Below the pieces are notes generated by a model. That model was not told where the DNA came from and made no database searches. It saw only the letters and a program-made list of their open reading frames with translations. A stretch of DNA of 64,000 nt from Opitutia bacterium (lineage in GTDB: Bacteria > Verrucomicrobiota > Verrucomicrobiia > Opitutales > Opitutaceae), in NCBI GenBank assembly GCA_947478395.1, contig CANJVR010000002.1, positions 384,001-448,000 on the forward strand, given 5' to 3'. Of this stretch, positions 48,356-58,781 are shown one piece after another (within the stretch, counting starts at the first letter, position 1; every line of letters starts with the position of its first letter). The translations under genes were made by a program, and so were the position numbers.

Positions 48356-49585
48356 TTGTCCTCTTCTCTCAAAATACCGCGCCTGACCCGCCGACAGGCG
48401 ATCACGTCCTTCGCTCTCGCTGCCGGCAGCGCTATCGCTGCTTCGAGCACCAACGCTCAGTCGCCCGCGAAGCCGGTTGGTCCATCCGCCCCGTCGCCCG
48501 CGGGCACCCCTCCCGTGGCCGCTACGTCGGCTTTACCCGGGCTTTTCAGCATTCCGCAGTACGAAGAACGTTCGCGCGGCCTAATTACGATTCCGGCCTG
48601 GGAGTACTACGATCAGGGCTGTGCCGACGATCTCACGGTGCGCTGGAATCGCGAAGCGTTGGCCCGCATTCGGATTGAAAGTCGCGTGATGGTCGACGTG
48701 GAGAAAATCGACACCAGCATCACGCTGCTCGGCCGCACGCTGCCCCACCCCATCCTCCTCGCTCCGGCTGCGGCGCACATGCTCATTCACCCCGAAGGCG
48801 AAGTCGCAACGGCGCGCGGCGCGGGCGCGGCCGGCGCCACCATGGTGCTCAGCACGAATTCGAATTGCAGCGTCGAGTCCGTCGCGGCCGCCGCCACGCA
48901 ACCGCTTTGGTTTCAACTTTACGTGAGCCGCGATCGGGCGATGGCGCAGGACTTGATCGCGAGGGTCGAAAGCGCCGGCTATAAAGCGCTCTGTGTGACC
49001 GTCGATCAGCCGGTGATTTATGCGCGCGATCGATCGAGCCGCCATGCGGATCAACTCCGCTTACTCCCTCTGCCTAACGTGAAAAATCCAGCTCCGGGAG
49101 GCTTGACCCAGACGAGCGCCGGCCGGTCGCGTTCGCTCACCTGGAAGGATATCGAGTGGTTCCGCTCGCTGACGAAATTACCCGTGATTTTGAAGGGCAT
49201 TCTACATCCCGACGACGCCGACCAAGCCGTGAAATCGGGCGCAGCGGGTATCATCGTTTCCAATCACGGCGGCCGCGCACTCGACGGCGTCGCGGCGACG
49301 ATCGATGCATTGCCACGCGTCGCCGAGCGAGTTGGCGGACGCGTTCCTGTATTGATGGACGGCGGTATTCGTCGCGGCACGGATGTGGTCAGAGCGATCG
49401 CTCGCGGGGCCAACGCCGTGCTGATCGGTCGGCCTTATTTGTATGGACTGGCGGTGAACGGCAGCGATGGCGTTCGGCATATCGTGCAGATTCTCCGCAC
49501 CGAATTGGAAGCGGCGATGGCGCTGACCGGTCGTACTTCGATCGCGCAAATCGACCGGACCGTCTTGTGGCCCGACAAATCCTGA
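48356..49585 (+). CDS. FMN-dependent alpha-hydroxy-acid oxidase with Tat signal
   Basis: LTRRQAITS signal; WFQLY, TVD, ILKGI, VSNHGGR, DGGIRRGTD, IGRP; TTG start. Confidence 0.92.
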   Translation: MSSSLKIPRLTRRQAITSFALAAGSAIAASSTNAQSPAKPVGPSAPSPAGTPPVAATSALPGLFSIPQYEERSRGLITIPAWEYYDQGCADDLTVRWNREALARIRIESRVMVDVEKIDTSITLLGRTLPHPILLAPAAAHMLIHPEGEVATARGAGAAGATMVLSTNSNCSVESVAAAATQPLWFQLYVSRDRAMAQDLIARVESAGYKALCVTVDQPVIYARDRSSRHADQLRLLPLPNVKNPAPGGLTQTSAGRSRSLTWKDIEWFRSLTKLPVILKGILHPDDADQAVKSGAAGIIVSNHGGRALDGVAATIDALPRVAERVGGRVPVLMDGGIRRGTDVVRAIARGANAVLIGRPYLYGLAVNGSDGVRHIVQILRTELEAAMALTGRTSIAQIDRTVLWPDKS

Positions 49586-49641
49586 GTCGGCCTGCGCAAC
49601 ACTTTTGTCCCTAATCTCCCAGCTAAACTGAATTACCTACT

Positions 49642-51294
49642 ATGCCCTGGTCTCAAAACTACTCCCCTGTTGGCGGTATCGGCCTCTCGGCCCTCATCGC
49701 CGCAATCCCAGTCGTCGTGTTGCTCGCGCTCCTCGCCTTCTGGCACGTGCGCGCGCATCTTGCGGCCATCGTCGCGTTGGTCGCGGCCGGGCTCATCGCC
49801 ATCTTTGTCTATGGCATGCCGGCGAAACTTGCCGTGGCTGCCGCGGGCTATGGCGCCGCTTTCGGGCTGCTGCCGATCGGCTGGCTGATTCTCAATGCGA
49901 TCTTCATCTATCAACTGTCGGTAGAAACCGGGCAGTTCGCGGTGCTACAAAAGCAGATTGCCGGAATCTCGCGTGACCGACGTATTCAGGCCCTGCTGCT
50001 CGCGTTTGCCTTCGGCGCGTTCATCGAAGGCGCCGCCGGTTTCGGTGCGCCCGTCGCCATCACTGGCGCGCTGATGATCGGCCTCGGCTTCAAGCCCCTC
50101 GAAGCCGCGAAGCTCGCACTGATCGGCAACACCGCGCCGGTGGCTTTCGGCTCACTCGGTATTCCACTCGTCACAATGGCCCCGCTCACCGGCCTCGATC
50201 TGCTCGATCTCAGCAAAATGGTCGGCCGGCAGCTGCCTATTTTCTCGCTCATCGTCCCGTTCTGGCTCGTCGCCGCCCAGGTCGGCTGGCGCGGGATGGT
50301 TGGGGTTTGGCCCGCGTGTCTCACCGCCGGCGCGTCATTTGCCGTGATGCAATTTGTGATGAGTAATTTTCACGGGCCGTGGCTGGTGGACATCGTCAGC
50401 GCCGCCGTCGCGATGGTCGCACTCGTTGTGCTCATGCGTTTTTGGAAGCCGAAGGAAGAACTGGTTAATCCCACGGCCGAGGCGTCACCCGCCGCCGCCT
50501 CGGACTCCGCTGCGGTCGGCACTGGGCCGGCGTGGAAAGCGTGGCTGCCTTGGATTTTTCTCACCGGTTTCGTATTCTGCTGGGGCATGCAGCCGGTGAA
50601 GGATAAACTCAACCAATGGTACGCGCCGCAAATTCCCGTGCCCGTGCTCAACCTAGCGGTGCAGAAAATGCCGCCGGTCGCGCCCGTGCCGACGCTCGAA
50701 AAAACCATCTTCAACCTGAATCTGCTCTCGGCCACCGGCACCGCCCTGCTTCTCGCCGGCATCGCCTCGTCCATCGCACTCGGAGTGGGTTTCGGTCGGG
50801 CCCTCAAAATTTACGGGCAGACCTTGATGCGCGTGCGCATCTCGCTGCTGACCATCTCCGCCATGATGGCGCTCGGGTTTGTCACGCGATATGGCGGCAC
50901 CGACACGACCATGGGCCTCGCGATGGCCCACACCGGCTGGCTCTTCCCGTTCTTCTCCCCGATAATCGGCTGGCTCGGCGTCGCGCTGACCGGCAGCGAC
51001 ACATCGTCCAACGTGCTCTTCGGCAATCTGCAAAAAGTATCGGCCGAGGCACTCCACTTCCCGCCCGTGCTGATGTGCGCCGCCAATAGTTCCGGTGGCG
51101 TCATGGGCAAGATGATCGACGCCCAGAGTATTGTGGTCGCGAGCGTCGCGACTGGTGGCCGGCCAGATAGCCCGGACGCCGGCACGGTGTTGCGCGCTGT
51201 ATTCTGGCACAGTATCGCCCTAGCCGGACTCGTCGGAATCCTCGTCATGCTCCAGGCCTACTTGTGGCCCGGGATCGTGCCAGGGCCGCACTAA
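49642..51294 (+). CDS. L-lactate/glycolate permease (LctP family)
   Basis: FIEGAAGFGAP, NTAPVAFG, GVALTGSDTSSNVLFG, GGVMGKMI. Confidence 0.93.
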   Translation: MPWSQNYSPVGGIGLSALIAAIPVVVLLALLAFWHVRAHLAAIVALVAAGLIAIFVYGMPAKLAVAAAGYGAAFGLLPIGWLILNAIFIYQLSVETGQFAVLQKQIAGISRDRRIQALLLAFAFGAFIEGAAGFGAPVAITGALMIGLGFKPLEAAKLALIGNTAPVAFGSLGIPLVTMAPLTGLDLLDLSKMVGRQLPIFSLIVPFWLVAAQVGWRGMVGVWPACLTAGASFAVMQFVMSNFHGPWLVDIVSAAVAMVALVVLMRFWKPKEELVNPTAEASPAAASDSAAVGTGPAWKAWLPWIFLTGFVFCWGMQPVKDKLNQWYAPQIPVPVLNLAVQKMPPVAPVPTLEKTIFNLNLLSATGTALLLAGIASSIALGVGFGRALKIYGQTLMRVRISLLTISAMMALGFVTRYGGTDTTMGLAMAHTGWLFPFFSPIIGWLGVALTGSDTSSNVLFGNLQKVSAEALHFPPVLMCAANSSGGVMGKMIDAQSIVVASVATGGRPDSPDAGTVLRAVFWHSIALAGLVGILVMLQAYLWPGIVPGPH

Positions 51295-51381
51295 GCGGTC
51301 GTGCGCCGAGCCGCGTAACCAATCCGTCTTGGGCCTGCGCTCTTGCGCGCTGCCCCGAGGCGGTGGAGTGGTCGGCTAGCG

Positions 51382-51852
51382 TCAAGGCTTTGGGGGCACC
51401 ACACTGTTGCCCGCCGGGCGCATCGATTCCCATGCGATCATGCGCCAGGTACCGTTCTCGTTTCGCCACACCGACATGAAATTCAGTTTGGTGTCAGTCC
51501 AAGTTGGCCCAACCTTCTTACGCATCTCCTGCGCACCCGTAAGCACGATCACATCCGGGGTCACAACTTTTGCCTGCACACCGGAGGTCTTCACACCTTC
51601 ATAGGCGGTGTCCCCTGCGGTCATGTTTTTGATGTAATCTGTCTTTCCCTCGTGGCGGCCGTCGGAGTGAACAAATAGCATCTCCTCCGAGAGCAAACGC
51701 CCCAGTGTGACGACGTCTCCAGCCACCATCGCCGTGAGTCGGGTCTGGTCCATTTTTAGCACGATAGCCGACGCATTCATGTCGGCACCTCGCACCGTGA
51801 TTACGAGAAAGCCGAGCGACGCCAAGAAGCCGAGCAGCCGGATGGCTTTCAT
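51382..51852 (-). CDS. Exported NTF2-like DUF4440 protein
   Basis: Signal peptide; AMVAGD...LSEE..FVHSDG...K, FMSVW...GTWRM. Confidence 0.8.
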   Translation of the reverse strand: MKAIRLLGFLASLGFLVITVRGADMNASAIVLKMDQTRLTAMVAGDVVTLGRLLSEEMLFVHSDGRHEGKTDYIKNMTAGDTAYEGVKTSGVQAKVVTPDVIVLTGAQEMRKKVGPTWTDTKLNFMSVWRNENGTWRMIAWESMRPAGNSVVPPKP

Positions 51853-51853
51853 T

Positions 51854-53125
51854 TTAAATCCGTCCTTCGTAGCCATCACGCAGCACCTGCATCGTGTGGC
51901 GCACGCGCACGGGCGATCCGAGATTTTTTAAATGCGCCTGGAGCTGAGTGAGGCAACCGATGTTACCGCTGGCCACATCGGCCGCGCCCGTGGCGATGAC
52001 CGCCTGCGCTTTCTGCGCCCCTAGCGACGACGCCGTTTCCGGTTGGTCGAGATTGTACGTGCCCGCACTGCCGCAGCACAGGTGCGCGTTGGCGAGCTCC
52101 TTCAATTCCACGCCGGAAATCGCCCGCAGCAAAGCGCGTGGCTCGGACCGCACGCCCTGGCCGTTCACGAGGTGACACGCATCCTGGTAGGCGATCGCGC
52201 GACCTCCGCTCCACCCCACCGGTTTTTCGCGCAATCCGAGTCGCGCAAGAAACACACTCACATCCACGACGCGGTGTCGCATTGCCTCGGCGCGCGCTTC
52301 GTCCGCCGTGCCGCGCAAAATCAAATGATACTCATGCATGGCCGAGCCGCAGCCCGCGGCATTCGTTACAATCGCATCGATATCCGCCGGAAACGCCGCG
52401 AGATTCCGCCGCGCGAACGCCTGCGCCGCCGACAAATCGCCCGTGTGCCAAGCCAATCCTCCGCAGCAGCCTTGCGCTTCGGGCACGATGACTTCCACGC
52501 CGTTGCGCGTCAGAACGTCGATTGTCGCGACGTTGATATCCGGATCGAGCACCTGCTGCGCACAACCGGCCAGCAGCGCGACCCGCGCGCGTCGCTCGCC
52601 CCGGGCTGGATTCACCGTCGACAACTTCACCGACGGAGGCACTGCGCCCGGCGCGAGCGCGAGCATGGGACGCAATACGGCGGGCACCAACGAGCCCAAC
52701 GCACGACCGATTTTCGCCCCTGCGAGCGCGAGCCGGAAACGAGCGGGATACGGAATTGTTTTGGCCGCCAGCCAGCGCCGCAATTTTTCACCGGGCGTCC
52801 GCGAGAATTTCCGCTCCGTCTCCATCTTCGCGCGAAAGGGACTGATTAGATCGCGATAGGAAACTCCGCTCGGACACGCGGGTTCACACGCGAGACAGCC
52901 GAGGCAACGATCGATGTGCGGCTGCGCGGCACTGGCCGGCAGCGTGCCTTCCAGTACTTGCTTCATCAGCACAATCCGCCCGCGTGGTGAATCCATTTCC
53001 TGCCCAAACTCCTGGTAGGTCGGACACGCCGACAGGCAGAATCCGCAATGCACGCACGCTTGGACCGCCTGCGTCATTGGTCCGCCGAGCGGCCCGAGTT
53101 CTTCCGATTTGATCGTGTGCAGCAT
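51854..53125 (-). CDS. glcF: Glycolate oxidase iron-sulfur subunit
   Basis: CVHCGFCLSACP, CLGCLACEPACP, two CCG domains. Confidence 0.94.
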   Translation of the reverse strand: MLHTIKSEELGPLGGPMTQAVQACVHCGFCLSACPTYQEFGQEMDSPRGRIVLMKQVLEGTLPASAAQPHIDRCLGCLACEPACPSGVSYRDLISPFRAKMETERKFSRTPGEKLRRWLAAKTIPYPARFRLALAGAKIGRALGSLVPAVLRPMLALAPGAVPPSVKLSTVNPARGERRARVALLAGCAQQVLDPDINVATIDVLTRNGVEVIVPEAQGCCGGLAWHTGDLSAAQAFARRNLAAFPADIDAIVTNAAGCGSAMHEYHLILRGTADEARAEAMRHRVVDVSVFLARLGLREKPVGWSGGRAIAYQDACHLVNGQGVRSEPRALLRAISGVELKELANAHLCCGSAGTYNLDQPETASSLGAQKAQAVIATGAADVASGNIGCLTQLQAHLKNLGSPVRVRHTMQVLRDGYEGRI

Positions 53126-53126
53126 G

Positions 53127-54194
53127 TTAGTCGTCGAGATGCGGAAACCGGTTTAATGGATCGAGCGCTTTCTTTAACGCCGCCATGATTTCGAATCGCG
53201 GTTTCACGCCGGGCCACAACGGTGCCTCGCCGCGCAACGTCATCGCGGACCACGGTAGCTCGGGCAATGCGCTGCCCTTCGCCACGGAAACGAAACCCAG
53301 ATTGCCGCCGGCGCTTACCCACCCGCGCGCACCCGGCAGCGCCCGCACCCAGTCGATAAATGTCGCTGCCTGCGCCGGGCTGAGCACCACCTTGGCGAGT
53401 CCGCCGTCCGGATGCGCCCATATGAGCCCGCCGGTTTTTTTCCAGAGTGCCGCGGCTTCGGTCTCCGCGAGAATGGCACCGGGCCAGCGTTGGAAAATTT
53501 CCGCGCTCAACGCCTCCAGCGCCACCGCCGGCCCCGCCAGACGCGCGAAAATCGCATCGTCATCCACCGCCGCCTCGAGCGCGTCGATTTCCCAGCGCGC
53601 GCTGCCCGCCTCGCTCAACATGCGGGCCTTCGCGGCCGAATCTTTTGCCTCTATCCGCAGCGTGCGCGTCGCGATCGGCTTCGGAAACACCTTGAACGTC
53701 ACCTCCGTGAGCGCCCCGAACCGGCCCACACTGCCGACAAGAAATTTCGGCAAATCGAAACCCGCCGCATTTTTCACGACTTTCCCGCCCAGCCGCAGCA
53801 GCCGTCCGCTGCCATCGACGAATTGCACCGCGAGAATAAAATCGCGCAACCCGCCAAAACGAAAACGTCCCGGTCCGCTCAACCCCGCCGCCACCATCCC
53901 GCCGACAGTCGCACCTTCCGCCACGAGCAGCGGGTCGAAGGGTAGATATTGTCCGCGTTCCGCCAGCGCGGTCACGATCTCCTGCACCGGCGTCCCTGCC
54001 AGGGCCGTAAACGTGAACTCACTGGGCTCGTATTCCACAATGCCGCGCAATTTCGCGGTTGAGATACGCGTGAATTTTTCCGGCACGTGCGAGAGCCTGG
54101 GTTTTGTCCCCGCACCCACCGCGATAGCGTGTGGCACGGAGCGCACCGCCTCGGCGAACTCTAGCGCGGAAATCGGGGAGAGCAGCGAGTCCAT
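53127..54194 (-). CDS. glcE: Glycolate oxidase FAD subunit
   Basis: GIVEYEPSE, TVGG, GPGR, GGKVVKNAAGFD, LKKALDP. Confidence 0.92.
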   Translation of the reverse strand: MDSLLSPISALEFAEAVRSVPHAIAVGAGTKPRLSHVPEKFTRISTAKLRGIVEYEPSEFTFTALAGTPVQEIVTALAERGQYLPFDPLLVAEGATVGGMVAAGLSGPGRFRFGGLRDFILAVQFVDGSGRLLRLGGKVVKNAAGFDLPKFLVGSVGRFGALTEVTFKVFPKPIATRTLRIEAKDSAAKARMLSEAGSARWEIDALEAAVDDDAIFARLAGPAVALEALSAEIFQRWPGAILAETEAAALWKKTGGLIWAHPDGGLAKVVLSPAQAATFIDWVRALPGARGWVSAGGNLGFVSVAKGSALPELPWSAMTLRGEAPLWPGVKPRFEIMAALKKALDPLNRFPHLDD

Positions 54195-54219
54195 TTGTTT
54201 TTAATCCGTGCTCATCTGT

Positions 54220-55677
54220 TTACTCGCGGAAAATGACTCCCGCCTTCTCCAGCGGATGCAAACCATGCTGGAGCAGAGCGGGCGGACCGCCTTCCGGAAA
54301 CATCTTGCCCGGATTCGCAATGCCGAGCGGATCGAACGCGGCGCGCACGCGCTTCATGCAGTCGATCGCATCCGGTGAAAACATATCCGGCAAATAGTCG
54401 CGCTTCTCGACGCCGATCCCGTGTTCGCCGGTGATGGAGCCGCCCATTTCCACGCACATTTTCAAGATCCGTCCGGCCAGCTCTTCCGCCCGCGCCAGCG
54501 CACCAGGTTCGCGTCCATCGTACAAAATCAGCGGATGAAGATTGCCGTCGCCCGCGTGAAATACGTTCGCGCAGCGGATGTTCATCTCCCGCGACCACTC
54601 CGATATTTTTCGCAGCGCCTCGCCCAACCGCCGCCGCGGCACCACGCCATCCTGCACAATAAAATCCGGTGAAAGTCGGCCGACTGCGCTGAACGCACTT
54701 TTGCGTCCCTTCCAAATCGCGGCACGCTCCGCTGCGTCCTTGGCTGCCCGCACCTCGACCGGATCGCTGGCGGCCAGAATTTTTGCCAGCCGCTCCCGAT
54801 CCACCGCCACGACTTCACGCGGACCCTCGAGTTCGACAATCAACACGGCCTCGCAACCCGGCGGATACTCCGCGTGCACCGCGGCCACGGCCGCCTCGAG
54901 CGCGAGTTTTTCCATGATCTCGATCGCCCCCGGCAAAAGCCCGCTCGCCACCACCGCCGTCACGGCATCACCCGCTTTTTCCAGCGTCGCGTAGCCCGCG
55001 AGCACCGTGTGAAAAGTCTCAGCGCGTGGCAGCAATTGGAGCGTCACTTCCAGCACGATGCCAAAAAGTCCTTCGTTGCCCACGAACAGTCCCGTCCAAT
55101 CAGGCCCGACTTGCTCCCGGCTCGCGCCGCCAAACTCAACGACCTCGCCGGTCGCGAGCACCGCTTTCAAACCGAGCACGTGATTCGAGGTCATTCCGTA
55201 TTTCAGACAATGCGCTCCGCCGGAATTGAACGCGACGTTGCCGCCGATCGTGCAGATTTGCTGGCTCGACGGATCCGGGGCGAAGTGCAGTCCGTGCGGT
55301 TGCGCCGCCGCCGTCACCGCAAGATTGATCACCCCCGGTTGAACCACGGCGATGCGCTGGACCGGATCGACGCTCAAGATTCGGTTGAGCCGATTAAGCC
55401 CAATCACGATCCCACCTTCAACGGGTAGCGATCCGCCGGACAAACTCGTGCCGCTCCCCCGCGCGACGAAGGGCAGTTTTTCCTCGCAGCAAAAACGCAC
55501 GAGCGCCACGACCTCGTCCGGTGTTTCTGGGACCACAACTGCCAGCGGTCGCGCCCGAAACGCGGTCAGCCCGTCGCTCTCATAGGCGGCCAGTTGGGCC
55601 GGTCCGCACATGAGCCGTCCCGCCGGCATTAGGGCTTCGAGTCGGCGTAGGGTATCGGCCGTTGATCGGTTCTCCAT
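54220..55677 (-). CDS. glcD: Glycolate oxidase subunit GlcD
   Basis: [45 protein letters not shown]. Confidence 0.95.
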   Translation of the reverse strand: MENRSTADTLRRLEALMPAGRLMCGPAQLAAYESDGLTAFRARPLAVVVPETPDEVVALVRFCCEEKLPFVARGSGTSLSGGSLPVEGGIVIGLNRLNRILSVDPVQRIAVVQPGVINLAVTAAAQPHGLHFAPDPSSQQICTIGGNVAFNSGGAHCLKYGMTSNHVLGLKAVLATGEVVEFGGASREQVGPDWTGLFVGNEGLFGIVLEVTLQLLPRAETFHTVLAGYATLEKAGDAVTAVVASGLLPGAIEIMEKLALEAAVAAVHAEYPPGCEAVLIVELEGPREVVAVDRERLAKILAASDPVEVRAAKDAAERAAIWKGRKSAFSAVGRLSPDFIVQDGVVPRRRLGEALRKISEWSREMNIRCANVFHAGDGNLHPLILYDGREPGALARAEELAGRILKMCVEMGGSITGEHGIGVEKRDYLPDMFSPDAIDCMKRVRAAFDPLGIANPGKMFPEGGPPALLQHGLHPLEKAGVIFRE

Positions 55678-55998
55678 CGTGACGCTTATCTTGAAAGGGC
55701 GCACCGCCCGGTGACGAGTGCGGAGTTAAACTTTGCGACAAAAACTCACGACCCCCGCCTCCATTAAAGCTCAAGCGCTGAATCGTCGGGCGCTGGGAGC
55801 GCACAACGCGGATTGCAGCACTGCGCTAGATTTCAGCCTGAATAAAAACCCCGACAGCTACCGACCGCAAAGGTCGCGGCGCAGCCGTTCCGGACGTTCC
55901 GGTGCGAAACAGGGTGCATCCGCGCGAATCGGTCTGATGCTCTGCAAGCGTTGACCGTGCGATCTCCCGCGGTCGCTCTTCTCTCCCTCCTCTGCCCT

Positions 55999-57678
55999 AT
56001 GAAATCTCGCTCCTGTTACTTCTTCTTCGCCGCGTTCGCCGCTGTCCGGCTCGTGGCCGCGCCGTTTGACGTCAAAAATTTCGGCGCCACAGGCGACGGC
56101 AAAACGCTGGACACCGCCGCGATCAACAAGGCGATCGAAGCAGCCAACGCGGCCGGCGGTGGCACCGTCGAATTTCCGGCGGGCAACTACCTTTCCTTTT
56201 CAATTCATCTCAAGAGCCACGTCACGCTTCATCTCGATACGGGCGCCACGATCGTCGCGGCCGAACCGCCAGCCGATTTGTCGTCGGGCTATGATGCGCC
56301 TGAAGCAAATCCGATCACTGACCAATACGAAGATTTCGGTCACTCCCACTGGCACAACAGTCTTATTTGGGGCGAAGGCCTGGTGGACATCGGCATCACC
56401 GGTCCCGGGACAATATTCGGCCGCGGTTTGAGCAAGGGCGGCGGCCGTCGCGATTACCTCCCCGAAGAGCGTGCCGCCCTGAACGAAATCGGCGCGCCCG
56501 GCGGCAACCAACGCGTCGCCTTTCCTCTCCCCGCGAGTGCAGTCGCCGCGATTGCCGCGCAGACGCGGGGTCCTTTCGGCACGCCCGGGGGTGACACATT
56601 GCCCGCCGGCGTCGGCAACAAAGCCATCGCGCTGAAGAATTGCCGCAATGTGATCTTTCGTGATTTCACGATCTACCACGGCGGGCACTTCGGCATTCTC
56701 GCCACCGGCGTCGACAACTGGACCTGCGACAACCTGAAGATTGACACCAACCGCGACGGCATCGACTTCGACTGCTGCCAGAACGTGCGCGTTTCGAACT
56801 GCACCGTTAACTCCCCGTACGACGACGCGATTTGTCCGAAGGCCTCGTTCGCCCTCGGTTATCCGCGACCGGCCGAAAATATCACCATCACGAATTGCCA
56901 GGTGAGCGGCTATGACGAAGGCACGCTGCTCGACGGCACACGCCAGCGAAAAGTCATGAAGGACGGTGGCACCGGTCGCATCAAGTGCGGCACCGAGGCC
57001 AACGGCGGCTTTCGCAACATCACGATTTCCAACTGCGTCTTTGAACACTGCCGCGGCCTCGCATTCGAGGAAGTCGACGGCGGCCTGCTCGAGGACATCA
57101 CGGTTTCGAATATCACGATGCGCGACATCGCCAACGCTCCGATTTATCTTCGTCTCGGGCGGCGCCTGCGCGGACCCGCTCCGATTGCCGTCGGCGCCGC
57201 CCGCCGGATCAAGATCGACCATGTCGTTGCGCACAATGTCGCGGCGCAAAGCGGCGTGCTCATCCTTGGTCTCCCCGGCCACGCCATCGAAGACGTTTCA
57301 TTGAGCAACATCTTCATCGACTACGTCGGTGGCGGAACGGCGGAACAAGCTCAACGCGAAGTGCCCGACGACGAGGCCGCGCAGCAGCAATATCCCGAAC
57401 CCGCAAGCCACGGCACCATGCCGTCGTGGGGCATGTTCGCCCGTCACGTGAAAAATCTCGATGTCAGTCACGTTGAGTTCCGCGCAGCCAAGGGAGATCT
57501 CCGTCCCACCGTGCAACTTGATGACGTCGCCGACGTGGCGTTCGACGCCGTGAAACTCCCGCACGAGGCAAGCGCTACTGCCTTCGTTTTGAAAAATGTG
57601 AGCGGCTTTTCGATCCACAATAGTTCCGGTCTCCGCGAAACGAAACGCCCGGAAAAGATCGCGAGTGAAAAACTCTGA
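55999..57678 (+). CDS. Secreted GH28-like beta-helix glycoside hydrolase
   Basis: FGATGDG..LDT.AIN, TNRDGID, DDAICPK, GRIKCGTE; parallel beta-helix repeats. Confidence 0.9.
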   Translation: MKSRSCYFFFAAFAAVRLVAAPFDVKNFGATGDGKTLDTAAINKAIEAANAAGGGTVEFPAGNYLSFSIHLKSHVTLHLDTGATIVAAEPPADLSSGYDAPEANPITDQYEDFGHSHWHNSLIWGEGLVDIGITGPGTIFGRGLSKGGGRRDYLPEERAALNEIGAPGGNQRVAFPLPASAVAAIAAQTRGPFGTPGGDTLPAGVGNKAIALKNCRNVIFRDFTIYHGGHFGILATGVDNWTCDNLKIDTNRDGIDFDCCQNVRVSNCTVNSPYDDAICPKASFALGYPRPAENITITNCQVSGYDEGTLLDGTRQRKVMKDGGTGRIKCGTEANGGFRNITISNCVFEHCRGLAFEEVDGGLLEDITVSNITMRDIANAPIYLRLGRRLRGPAPIAVGAARRIKIDHVVAHNVAAQSGVLILGLPGHAIEDVSLSNIFIDYVGGGTAEQAQREVPDDEAAQQQYPEPASHGTMPSWGMFARHVKNLDVSHVEFRAAKGDLRPTVQLDDVADVAFDAVKLPHEASATAFVLKNVSGFSIHNSSGLRETKRPEKIASEKL

Positions 57679-57726
57679 GGGCGCGCGATCGCGATAATTT
57701 CCTAGATCAGGAAATTCCAGTCCTTC

Positions 57727-57754
57727 GGGCGATTGCAGCGTAGTGCAATCGCCC
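57727..57754. terminator. 11-bp hairpin between convergent genes (terminator-like, no U-tract)
   Basis: GGGCGATTGCA-GCGTAG-TGCAATCGCCC. Confidence 0.35.
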
Positions 57755-57968
57755 CGTTGGGGCGGACGCCCATCACCGCGCGGATCGTCTTCCCCGGCGG
57801 TTGGAGAGAACCCCTGCACGATCAGCCGGGAATTTAGGTCGGGGTGGCGTTGGACGTGATGGGAAGCGCGTGAAGCAAAAAGACGGACCACGAATCTCGT
57901 AAAGAACGACGATTGAAGTTTGGAAAGCGTCGCCGATTTTTTGCGGGCTTCGTCCCGGCGAGATATTT

Positions 57969-58688
57969 TTAACTGATCAACAGCAAACGCGGTGGTGCGT
58001 CGGGCTGGGTTTCAGGTGCGCGGTGAATGCAGGGCGGAACCGGACTCCCCGGATAATCCACGGCAATGCGCCAGAGATTGCCGAGGCCAAACGAAAAAGG
58101 CCGCGCGTGCGCCATGGGCGCATAGTGAAGGTCGTAAGCATACTCCTTCAGATATTCGCGAAAGCTAGCGTCGTCCGGACCACCGAAACGGGCCAGAAGT
58201 TCTGCCCGCGTCGCCGCGAGGTCGATGTGCCGCACGGCCTCGTCGTTGCGGAGACCTTCGGACGCCGCACCGGCATAGCTACATAGCCACGTGTCGGCTG
58301 GACCCGTGGCGCTGTCCGCGTGGAACGAATAGACATCGGTCGGCACGGGCGTCGGTTCTTCGTCGCGCGGGTAATTGCGGATGCAATCGAGCACCGGTGA
58401 AAGACCGAGCGCACCCAACCGGTCACGGTCCGCGAGCATGAAGTCGACGGCAGTGCGGCCGGCCACAGTCAGACGCAAACCGCGCAATCGATCGGCATCC
58501 AGCGAGTCGATTTCTTCGATGGGTCCCAGCTCGCTGACCACGGCGTTGAAATCACCGTCGAGCGTGCGTTTCCAGCAGAGCGCATTAACGCCGTCGGCGA
58601 AAGGCGTCGCAGCCAGCTCATTGAAACTGTGTACCACTTTGATCCGCGCGTAACCAGGAGGCAGAGTAAACGAGGACAACGAACTCAT
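57969..58688 (-). CDS. DUF1826-like hypothetical protein
   Basis: NALCWKRTL, SFHADS, LCSYAG..SEGL, CIHRAP, RLLLI. Confidence 0.7.
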   Translation of the reverse strand: MSSLSSFTLPPGYARIKVVHSFNELAATPFADGVNALCWKRTLDGDFNAVVSELGPIEEIDSLDADRLRGLRLTVAGRTAVDFMLADRDRLGALGLSPVLDCIRNYPRDEEPTPVPTDVYSFHADSATGPADTWLCSYAGAASEGLRNDEAVRHIDLAATRAELLARFGGPDDASFREYLKEYAYDLHYAPMAHARPFSFGLGNLWRIAVDYPGSPVPPCIHRAPETQPDAPPRLLLIS

Positions 58689-58781
58689 GGAGCCTGGATG
58701 AAGAGCTGTAACCGTGAGCAAGCGTCAAGACGGACAAGATTGACGCTGTCGGTGCGGCGCCGCCTTGAAGATCCGCGCGAC

